A stretch of DNA of 64,000 nucleotides, taken from assembly GCA_018823415.1 (NCBI GenBank), contig JAHJIN010000185.1, forward strand, positions 46,880 to 110,879. The letters are read 5' to 3'. The translations under genes and the position numbers were made by a program. This document shows positions 42,081 through 49,544 of this stretch, piece after piece. The DNA comes from Chloroflexota bacterium (GTDB lineage Bacteria > Chloroflexota > JAHJIN01). Numbering within the stretch: position 1 is the first letter of the stretch; every line of letters begins with the position of its first letter. The notes beneath the pieces are model-generated. The model made no database searches. It was not told the origin of the DNA and saw only the letters and a list, made by a program, of their open reading frames with translations.

Positions 42081-42878
42081 ATGCCCAGGATCCCGGTCAA
42101 CGGCACAGACATCTATTACGAGCTACACGGCCCGGCCGATGCCCCGGTGCTGGCCCTGGTCAATGGCATCCTCATGGGCACGGCGAGCTGGCCGTATCAG
42201 GTGCCGGTCTTGTCGAAACACTATCGTCTGCTCCTGCACGACTGCCGGGGCCAGTGGCAGTCGGCGCATCCTGAAGGGCCGTACACGATGGAACTCCACG
42301 CCGACGACTTGGTGGCCCTGCTGGATGCTTTGCACATCGAGCGGGCGCACATTGGCGGCATCTCGTACGGCGGCGAGGTGGCGATGACCTTTGCGCTCAA
42401 ATACCCGGACCGGGTGCGGAGCCTGGTGCTCAGCTCCACGGTCAGCCACAGCGAGCCGGCGCTCCGGCTCATCATCGAGGGGTGGATGCGTGCGGCTCGG
42501 CTGTACGACTCGGACCTGTTCTTTGAGGTGACGGCTACCGACAACTTTAGCGAGGCCTGGATCGCGGCGAATCAGCCGGTCCTCGATGCGGCCCGCCGGC
42601 GTTATACCACGCTGGATCTCGACGCCGTGGTGCGCCTCTGTGAGTGCTTTTTGGCGTACGACATCCGCGAGTCCCTGGGGCAAATCGCCGCGCCGGCGCT
42701 GGTCATGGTGGGAGAAGATGATCACCTGAAGCACCGGGGTTATGCCGAGGTCATCGCCGACCGCATCCCCGGCGCCGAGTTGCTCATCATCCCCCACGCC
42801 GGCCACGCCGTGTGCTGGGAACGACCCGGCGAGTTCAACACCGCCATCCTGGGCTTTCTCGCCCAGCACGACGAATAG
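42081..42878 (+). CDS. alpha/beta hydrolase (enol-lactonase-like)
   Basis: VLALVNG..., GISYGG, ...PHAGHAVCWERP. Confidence 0.75.
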   Translation: MPRIPVNGTDIYYELHGPADAPVLALVNGILMGTASWPYQVPVLSKHYRLLLHDCRGQWQSAHPEGPYTMELHADDLVALLDALHIERAHIGGISYGGEVAMTFALKYPDRVRSLVLSSTVSHSEPALRLIIEGWMRAARLYDSDLFFEVTATDNFSEAWIAANQPVLDAARRRYTTLDLDAVVRLCECFLAYDIRESLGQIAAPALVMVGEDDHLKHRGYAEVIADRIPGAELLIIPHAGHAVCWERPGEFNTAILGFLAQHDE

Positions 42879-42938
42879 CGAATACCGAATGTACGAATCA
42901 CAAACGCTCGCGTGCTGTTCGTTGCAGGAGGAAACGCC

Positions 42939-43358
42939 ATGACCATCCGCCAAGATTTCCAGATAGGTGAGCAAGCCACCTTTACCAAGACCATCACCGA
43001 GGCCGATGTGAATGCCCTGGCCGATCTCATCGGCGACCATAATCCGGTCCACATGGACGAGGCGTTCGCCGCCGGGACGCGCTTTGGCCGCCGCATCGCG
43101 CACGGCGTGTTCACCAGCGGCCTCATCTCGGCGGTGCTGGGCAATGACCTGCCCGGCCCGGGGGCCATCTATCTCAGCCAGGAGATCCAGTTCAAGGCGC
43201 CGGTCTATTTTGGCGATACCATCACCGCCGTCGTCGAGGTGCAAGCCTGGCGGCCCGACAAGCGTATCATTACCTTGAAAACCGACTGTTACAACCAGGA
43301 CGAGGCGCTGGTCGCCACCGGCCAGGCCGTGTTGCTGGCGGAGCGGCCCAGAGAGTAA
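42939..43358 (+). CDS. MaoC-like (R)-specific enoyl-CoA hydratase (PhaJ-like)
   Basis: ADLIGDHNPVHMDEAFAAGTRFGRRIAHG hot-dog motif. ATG after AGGAGG. Confidence 0.8.
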   Translation: MTIRQDFQIGEQATFTKTITEADVNALADLIGDHNPVHMDEAFAAGTRFGRRIAHGVFTSGLISAVLGNDLPGPGAIYLSQEIQFKAPVYFGDTITAVVEVQAWRPDKRIITLKTDCYNQDEALVATGQAVLLAERPRE

Positions 43359-43485
43359 AACAGAGCAGGTATATCCGTCGAACATCAAGCGTATCGAAAG
43401 GAGGTGATGCTCGCCTGTCCAATCGACCAGTTGACCGATTTACCCATGTAGCAATATCTCAACACCCCAAATAGGAGGAGATCGA

Positions 43486-44778
43486 ATGAAAAAGCAAGTT
43501 GTTTTCGCGATTGTTGGCGTACTGGTAGTGATAAGCATGCTGGCCGCGCAGTGCCCGTCGGGGCCGGCTTCCCCAACGGAGGTGCCGCAACCGACGACAG
43601 CACCTCAACCCACCAAGGCCGCCGAGCCCACCAAGGCCGTCGAACCTACCACAGTTCCCGAAGGTCCGCCCCTCAAGATCGGGCTGCTGCGCCCGGTGAG
43701 TGCTGGCCTGGTCATCTATGGCGAGATGGAAGAACGCGGGTTCCAGTTGGGCCTTGACTATGCCACCAATGGCACCGGCATGGTGGCCGGCCGCAAGATC
43801 GAGGTCATCATCAAGGACACCGAAGGCAAGCCAGACGTAGGCGTGAGCCGTGCTCGCGAACTCGTCGAAAAAGATGGCTGCGAGATCCTGGTCGGGTCTT
43901 GCTCCAGCGCCGTGACCCTGGCCATGATGGAAGTGGCCAAAGAGAACAAGACCATCCTGATGGTGCCCGTGGCAGCCGCGGACCAAATCTCTGGCGAGAT
44001 GTTCAACGAGTACACCTTCCGCACCAGCTCCTCGGCGGCACAGGACGCCCTGGCCGGCGCCAAGTACGCCGCCCGCTCCCTGGGTAAAAAGTTCGTGGGC
44101 CTGGCCCCGGACTATTCCTGGGGGCAGGACCAGATCAAGGTCTGGAAAGAGATCGTGGAACAGGAAGGCGGCGAGTTCGTGGCCGAGGTCTATGCCCCGG
44201 CCGATACCACCGAGTTCACCCCTTACTTCCAAAAGTGCCTGGACAGCGGCGCCGAAGTGCTGTTCGTGGCCTGGGCCGGCGCTGGCGGCGTGCAACTCTT
44301 TAACCAGTTGCAGGAGCAAAAGATAACGGAAAAGCTCCAGCTCACCACCGGCATCGTGGACAATGCCACCTTTGCGGCCCTGGGCACTGCCCTGGTGGGC
44401 AACAAGGGCATGATCAAGTACTACTACGAGTTCCCCAAGACCAAGGAGAACGACTGGCTGGTGAAGGAGCACATGGCCCGCTACCAGGTGCCACCGGACC
44501 TCTTTACCGATGTCAGTTTTGCCTCCGCGCAAGCCCTGGTCATGGCCCTGGAAAAGACCAGCGGCAGCACCAAGGCCGAGGACCTGATCAAGGTCCTGGA
44601 AGGCATGAGTTGGCCCGCGCCCAAGGGCACGTTCACCATCCGGGCCGCAGACCATGCTTGCCTCCAGCCCATGTACACGGCCACGGTCGTCATGGAAGGC
44701 GACAAGCCGGTCATCAAGCTGGTGGCCGAGATGTCAGCAGAGGACTGCGCTCCCAAGATCACGGCACCCGCTCGGTAG
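43486..44778 (+). CDS. ABC transporter substrate-binding lipoprotein (Leu/Ile/Val-binding family)
   Basis: Signal plus lipobox (MLAAQC), Pro/Thr linker, then a Peripla_BP_6-like body. Confidence 0.8.
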   Translation: MKKQVVFAIVGVLVVISMLAAQCPSGPASPTEVPQPTTAPQPTKAAEPTKAVEPTTVPEGPPLKIGLLRPVSAGLVIYGEMEERGFQLGLDYATNGTGMVAGRKIEVIIKDTEGKPDVGVSRARELVEKDGCEILVGSCSSAVTLAMMEVAKENKTILMVPVAAADQISGEMFNEYTFRTSSSAAQDALAGAKYAARSLGKKFVGLAPDYSWGQDQIKVWKEIVEQEGGEFVAEVYAPADTTEFTPYFQKCLDSGAEVLFVAWAGAGGVQLFNQLQEQKITEKLQLTTGIVDNATFAALGTALVGNKGMIKYYYEFPKTKENDWLVKEHMARYQVPPDLFTDVSFASAQALVMALEKTSGSTKAEDLIKVLEGMSWPAPKGTFTIRAADHACLQPMYTATVVMEGDKPVIKLVAEMSAEDCAPKITAPAR

Positions 44779-44804
44779 ACAAGCAGATCAGTAACAAGGG
44801 GATC

Positions 44805-44837
44805 AGCCTTGCGAAGGCCTAAAGCCTTCGCAAGGCT
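44805..44837 (+). repeat. REP-like palindrome (AGCCTTGCGAAGG family), possible intra-operon attenuator or mRNA stabiliser
   Basis: agccttgcgaaggc-ctaaa-gccttcgcaaggct. No T-run. Confidence 0.65.
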
Positions 44838-44880
44838 CTCCCTCTCTACGTTTTACGCATCACGCAACGGAGGACGCCGC

Positions 44881-45690
44881 ATGACAGGGAATGGCATCAT
44901 TCTAGAAACGCGTCATTTGCGGAAGGACTTTCAGGCCCTGCGCGCCGTGGACGACGTGAGTATTCAGGTTCGGCAGGGCACCTTCCACTCTATCATCGGG
45001 CCGAACGGGGCCGGCAAGACCACGTTGTTCAACCTGCTCAGCGGCACCCTCAAGCCTTCGGAAGGCGAGGTCTTGTTCAAAGGCCAAGACATCACCCGGT
45101 TCTCGGATACCCGGCGCTCGCACCTGGGCATCGGTCGGTCGTTCCAGATCACCAATATCTTTCCCAACCTGACGGTGTTGGAGAACGTGCGCATCGCCAC
45201 CCAGTCCCGGGGCCATGATAGCCTGAAGATCTGGATGCACTATGGGCGCTATCGCCAGTATGAAGAGCGTGCGCGCGAGATTCTGGCCGAGGTGGGGCTG
45301 GCCGGGAGGGAATTGCAGATCGCCGGGCTGCTGCCCCACGGCGACCAGCGCAAGCTCGAGATTGCCATCCTGATGGCCACCGAGCCGGAACTGTTGCTCT
45401 TGGACGAGCCCACTGCCGGCATCAGCCGCGAAGAGGTCCCGGCTATCATGGAAGTCATCGGCCGCATCAAGGCGCGCAGCGACAAGACCATCATGCTGGT
45501 GGAGCACAAGATGGACATCGTGATGGGTACCTCTGACGTCATCACGGTGATGCACCTGGGCAACGTCATCGCCGAGGGCACGCCAGCCGAGATCGCCGGC
45601 AACGAGACGGTGCAAAACGCCTACCTGGGCGGGCTGTACAAGGACGCCATGCGGGAAGCGCTGGCTGCCGACGGGCGCGAGGGGGAATGA
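44881..45690 (+). CDS. livG: branched-chain amino acid-type ABC transporter ATPase
   Basis: GPNGAGKTT, LPHGDQRKLEIA, LLLLDEPTAG. Confidence 0.85.
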   Translation: MTGNGIILETRHLRKDFQALRAVDDVSIQVRQGTFHSIIGPNGAGKTTLFNLLSGTLKPSEGEVLFKGQDITRFSDTRRSHLGIGRSFQITNIFPNLTVLENVRIATQSRGHDSLKIWMHYGRYRQYEERAREILAEVGLAGRELQIAGLLPHGDQRKLEIAILMATEPELLLLDEPTAGISREEVPAIMEVIGRIKARSDKTIMLVEHKMDIVMGTSDVITVMHLGNVIAEGTPAEIAGNETVQNAYLGGLYKDAMREALAADGREGE

Positions 45691-46394
45691 TGGACGCGAT
45701 ACTGGAACTCCAAGACGTCAACACGTACATCGGCCAGTTCCACATCCTGGAAGGCGTTTCGCTGTCCGTGCCTGGCGGTGCGGTGACGGTGATACTGGGA
45801 CGTAACGGGGCCGGCAAGACCACCACGCTCCGCACCATCATGGGCCTCACGCCGCCGCGCACCGGCCGCGTCGTCCTGGCCGGGCAAGAGGTTCAGGGCA
45901 AAGCCCCCTACGACATCGCCAAGCTGGGGATCGGCTATGTGCCGGAGCACCGGGGCATCTTTGCCGACCTGTCGGTGGAGGAAAACTTGAAGCTGGCCGA
46001 GCGCAAAAAGGGCGACCTGGAACGCAAGGCCGACTTGATCTTTGACTTATTCCCCGACCTCAAACGCCTCATCAAGCTGGGCGGTCGTAACCTGTCTGGT
46101 GGGCAGCAGCAGATGCTGGCCGTGGCCCGGGCTCTGGTGCCAGACAACAAGCTGCTCCTCATCGACGAGCCGACCAAGGGTCTGGCCCCGGTGGTGGTGG
46201 AAGCTGTCATGGAAGCCATCCACCAGTTGCGCAAGACCCTCACCGTACTGCTGGTGGAGCAGAACTATTTTGTGGCCTCGGGCGTCGGCGAGTACTATAC
46301 CATCATCGACGTGGGCAAGACGGTGAGCGCCGGCGAGATGGCGGAATTAAGGCGCCACCCCGAGATCGTGGAGCGGTACCTGGGGGCTACGTGA
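45687..46394 (+). CDS. livF: branched-chain amino acid-type ABC transporter ATPase
   Basis: GRNGAGKTT, LSGGQQQML, LLLIDEPT. ATGA overlap with livG. Confidence 0.85.
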   Translation: MMDAILELQDVNTYIGQFHILEGVSLSVPGGAVTVILGRNGAGKTTTLRTIMGLTPPRTGRVVLAGQEVQGKAPYDIAKLGIGYVPEHRGIFADLSVEENLKLAERKKGDLERKADLIFDLFPDLKRLIKLGGRNLSGGQQQMLAVARALVPDNKLLLIDEPTKGLAPVVVEAVMEAIHQLRKTLTVLLVEQNYFVASGVGEYYTIIDVGKTVSAGEMAELRRHPEIVERYLGAT

Positions 46395-46449
46395 GACATC
46401 GTGCGTCAAACGTCACTCATCGCGCATGACGCATGACGGAGGTAGAAAC

Positions 46450-47430
46450 ATGCCTATCGAAGACCTATTGGCCCGCATCATCAACATCACCCTTCAGGGA
46501 TTGACCATGGGGATGCTGTTCTTTCTCATCGCGTCCGGGCTGTCGCTGATTTTTGGGTTGATGGACGTGCTAAACTTTGCCCACGGATCACTGTTCATGA
46601 TCGGTTCCTATGTGGCGCTGACCACGTTCTGGCTCCTGGGCGGCTATCCGCTGGAATCCATCCAGGCCCAGCAACTGGGTGTCCTGGGGTTCAACACGGC
46701 CCCGGTGCTCATCGCCGACTCGAATCTGCGGTTCCTCATCGCCGTGATCACCGGCACCACGGCGGGACTTGTCGTGGGCACGCTCATGGAGTGGGGGCTG
46801 ATCCGCCCCCTGTACAAGCGCCCCATCTTTCAGATCCTGTTGACCCTGGGCATGGTCTATGTCCTCGCCGAGATCGTCAAGCTCATCTGGGGGCCGGCCC
46901 CGTTGGGCATGGCCAAACCAGAGCTGTTGACCGGCACGGTGGACATCCTCGGCCGGGCGTTCCCCATCTATAACATCTTTATCATCCTGTTGGGATTCGT
47001 GGTCATGGCCGTGGTCTATACGATCCTGCGGCGCAGTCGCATTGGGATCATTATCCGGGCCGGGGTAGAAGATAGCGAGATGGTGCAAGCCCTGGGGATC
47101 AATGTGCGGCGGGTGTTCACCGGGGTCTTTGCCCTGGGCGCCGGGCTGGCGGCCCTGGGCGGCGCGGCCGCGGTGCCCTTCCTGGGTGGCGCGAACCCGG
47201 ATCAGGGCATGGCCTTTCAGTTGAGCGCCTTTGTGGTGGTGGTCATTGGCGGGATGGGCAGCTTTCCCGGGGCATTTGTGGGCGCCCTGCTGGTGGGCCT
47301 GGCCCGCTCCTTTGCCGACTACCAATTGTCGCCCATCATCGCCCAGGGCATTGTGGTGGGCATGATGGCCCTGGTGTTGTTGATCCGGCCGCAGGGTCTA
47401 TTTGGCAGAAAGCAGGAGGGAGGGCACTGA
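46450..47430 (+). CDS. livH: branched-chain amino acid-type ABC transporter permease
   Basis: LivH-like TM protein (...LNFAHGSLFMIGSY...). Confidence 0.8.
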   Translation: MPIEDLLARIINITLQGLTMGMLFFLIASGLSLIFGLMDVLNFAHGSLFMIGSYVALTTFWLLGGYPLESIQAQQLGVLGFNTAPVLIADSNLRFLIAVITGTTAGLVVGTLMEWGLIRPLYKRPIFQILLTLGMVYVLAEIVKLIWGPAPLGMAKPELLTGTVDILGRAFPIYNIFIILLGFVVMAVVYTILRRSRIGIIIRAGVEDSEMVQALGINVRRVFTGVFALGAGLAALGGAAAVPFLGGANPDQGMAFQLSAFVVVVIGGMGSFPGAFVGALLVGLARSFADYQLSPIIAQGIVVGMMALVLLIRPQGLFGRKQEGGH

Positions 47431-48455
47431 TGAACTGGTTGAAAAGCTTTGTCAAGGACAACTGGGGTTGGTTTCTGGTTATTGCCCTTCTCGCCTCGCT
47501 GCCGGTCTTTTTGGCCAAGTTTGAGCTGGGGTTGCTGATCCAGGTCTTTGTGCTGGCTATCTTTGCCCTGAGCTATGACCTGCTCATGGGCTACGCGGGC
47601 ATCCTGAGCTTTGGTCACGCGCTATTCTTTGGGATGGGCGCTTATACGGTAGCTATCCTACTCAAGGGCCTGAAAAACGCCGAAGTGTTCGGGCAAACCG
47701 TGACCATCGAGCCGGTGCCGCTGCCGATCGTGCTGCTCATCGTGATTGCCATTGGCGCGACCCTGGGGGCACTGCTACAGGTGGTCTCGATCCGCGTAAA
47801 AGGCGTCTATTTCGCCATGATCACGCTGGCCTTTGCCGAGATGGCCTTTATCCTCAGCGCATCCACAGAGCTACGGCGCATCACCGGCGGCGACGAGGGC
47901 CTGCACGGCGTGCCCATCCCTGACATCATCAACCCCACCGCAGAGCGCACGACGTTTTATTTCCTGGCGTTGGGGTTCATGATCCTGATGTATGTTCTGG
48001 CCCGGCGGCTGGTGAACTCGCCCACCGGCAAGGTGCTGGCCGCCATCCGCGAGAACGAGGGCCGGGCCGCCGCCATCGGCTACAACGTCTTTGTCTACAG
48101 GCTGGTGATCCTGATGGTCTCTGGCGTGTTTGCCTCGCTGTGCGGCGCGATGTACATCATGTACTTTCGCAGCGCCACGCCGGACCTGTTGGGCGTGAGC
48201 CGCACCATTGACGCGCTGCTCATGACCATCATCGGCGGCATCGGCACGCTGTCTGGACCCATGCTGGGCGCAGCCGTGCAGCGCCTGGCTAGCCATAGCC
48301 TGGCCGATCTGCCGCTCTTTGAGAAAAGCTGGCCCCTGCTGCTGGGCGTCGGCTATATCCTGCTGGTGCTGTTCTTCCCCTATGGCATCGTGGGGACGTG
48401 GCGGCAGCGCCGGGGCTGGGTGATCCAGCAGTGGCACAAGATCGTAGGCAAGTAG
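47430..48455 (+). CDS. livM: branched-chain amino acid-type ABC transporter permease
   Basis: LivM-like (...GYAGILSFGHALFFGMGAY...). TGATG overlap with livH. Confidence 0.8.
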   Translation: MNWLKSFVKDNWGWFLVIALLASLPVFLAKFELGLLIQVFVLAIFALSYDLLMGYAGILSFGHALFFGMGAYTVAILLKGLKNAEVFGQTVTIEPVPLPIVLLIVIAIGATLGALLQVVSIRVKGVYFAMITLAFAEMAFILSASTELRRITGGDEGLHGVPIPDIINPTAERTTFYFLALGFMILMYVLARRLVNSPTGKVLAAIRENEGRAAAIGYNVFVYRLVILMVSGVFASLCGAMYIMYFRSATPDLLGVSRTIDALLMTIIGGIGTLSGPMLGAAVQRLASHSLADLPLFEKSWPLLLGVGYILLVLFFPYGIVGTWRQRRGWVIQQWHKIVGK

Positions 48456-48476
48456 ACCAGTAGCAAGGGAACAAAA

Positions 48477-48535
48477 GCCTTGCGAAGGTGTGCGAACCTG
48501 CGGTTCGCTTGAACCTTCGCAAGGCTCTGCTTTTA
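48477..48535 (+). terminator. REP-like palindrome (AGCCTTGCGAAGG family) acting as operon terminator
   Basis: agccttgcgaaggt...accttcgcaaggct (14-bp stem with inner hairpin gcgaacc/ggttcgc), followed by ctgctttt. Confidence 0.65.
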
Positions 48536-48543
48536 AGGGGGGC

Positions 48544-48572
48544 TTGAACCTTGGCCAGGCTTGTACTATAAT
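48544..48572 (+). promoter_or_regulatory. sigma70 promoter
   Basis: TTGAAC (48544-49), 17 nt, TATAAT (48567-72). Confidence 0.6.
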
Positions 48573-48591
48573 GAGGTCGGAGGGAAAAGCC

Positions 48592-49170
48592 ATGAGCCTG
48601 AGCGACACGTACCAGCGTATCCTGACCGACCCAACGCCGGCCGACCTGTGGCAACTGCAAGGTGATCTCCTTGTCATCGGCACCGAGGCAGCCCGGCAAG
48701 CCCGGCAGGTGACTTGTGATTTCTGCGGTTATTTGCGTGATCTGGCGAGCAAGGTCTCGTCGCGCCGGCACAGCCGGCTGGGTGCCATCCTCGCCACAGC
48801 TTCTGTGACCAGCGTGAGCCTCCAGGAACTCGTCGATTCACAGGCGGCGCTCCTGGAACGCCTGCTGGCTACCGGGGGCACTGCGTTGCTCGAGATTGGC
48901 TCTGCCTATGAGCATCTTCAGGCCTGGGAGCGTGAGACTGAATTGGTGCATTGTGACGTGGCCTGGGCGCTCTATGGCGAGCTGTGGGACATCTCTATGA
49001 CCATGCTGCCGGACCTCCCGGCGGATACGCGGCGGGCGCATCTGGATGGTTTGCTCGGTCCAGTCGTGGCGCCAGACACCCCCACGGGGGTCAAGGTCGT
49101 GCTGCTGATCAAGCTATTCCAGGTGGTGCTGGCGGTGCGGCTGGCGCCGGTGTTGGCCGGGGAGTCGTGA
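48592..49170 (+). CDS. hypothetical protein
   Basis: ATG after GGAGGGAAAAG. 192 aa, no family recognised, hydrophobic C-terminal segment. Confidence 0.55.
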   Translation: MSLSDTYQRILTDPTPADLWQLQGDLLVIGTEAARQARQVTCDFCGYLRDLASKVSSRRHSRLGAILATASVTSVSLQELVDSQAALLERLLATGGTALLEIGSAYEHLQAWERETELVHCDVAWALYGELWDISMTMLPDLPADTRRAHLDGLLGPVVAPDTPTGVKVVLLIKLFQVVLAVRLAPVLAGES

Positions 49171-49282
49171 TCGCGTTTCGCCCGGCTCAAATCCCCGGGA
49201 CCCCGATGGCGCTGGACAGCCAGCAGCGGATCATTTTTGTTAGTAGATTAGTACCAATTCCGGCCCTAGAGCCCAGATCGCA

Positions 49283-49311
49283 TTGACTTTGTGACAGCGG
49301 TCTGTTAGAAT
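49283..49311 (+). promoter_or_regulatory. sigma70 promoter driving the riboswitch leader
   Basis: TTGACT (49283-88), 17 nt, TAGAAT (49306-11). Confidence 0.6.
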
Positions 49312-49374
49312 GAGAGTGCAGGAAGAGAGTCCCACCACCACGTTAACTACCGCAAGTTGATCAAAAACCGTTCT

Positions 49375-49462
49375 AGTTGTTGTGTTCAAGGGCAAACCCG
49401 TAGCGATACGGGGACGCAAAGCCACGGATCTGATGATGGTCAGATGGCCGGGTTGCCGCAAC
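49375..49462 (+). promoter_or_regulatory. candidate c-di-GMP-I (GEMM-I) riboswitch aptamer
   Basis: AAGGGCAAACC-CGUA-GCGA-UACG-GGGACGCAAAGCC...GGCCGGGUUGCCG. This matches the conserved GEMM-I core, including a GNRA-capped P1b-like hairpin. Confidence 0.75.
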
Positions 49463-49483
49463 GATGATCGTTAGGGTGATAGA

Positions 49484-49525
49484 CCCGTCGTTGGGCAGAC
49501 AAGCTGGCCCGGCGATGGGTTTTTT
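49484..49525 (+). terminator. intrinsic terminator (riboswitch expression platform)
   Basis: cccgtcgttgggc / gcccggcgatggg (13 bp including G-U pairs), 10-nt loop, then TTTTTT. The RBS and ATG lie downstream. Confidence 0.7.
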
Positions 49526-49544
49526 GTTTGGGGGGAGGTGTGTG

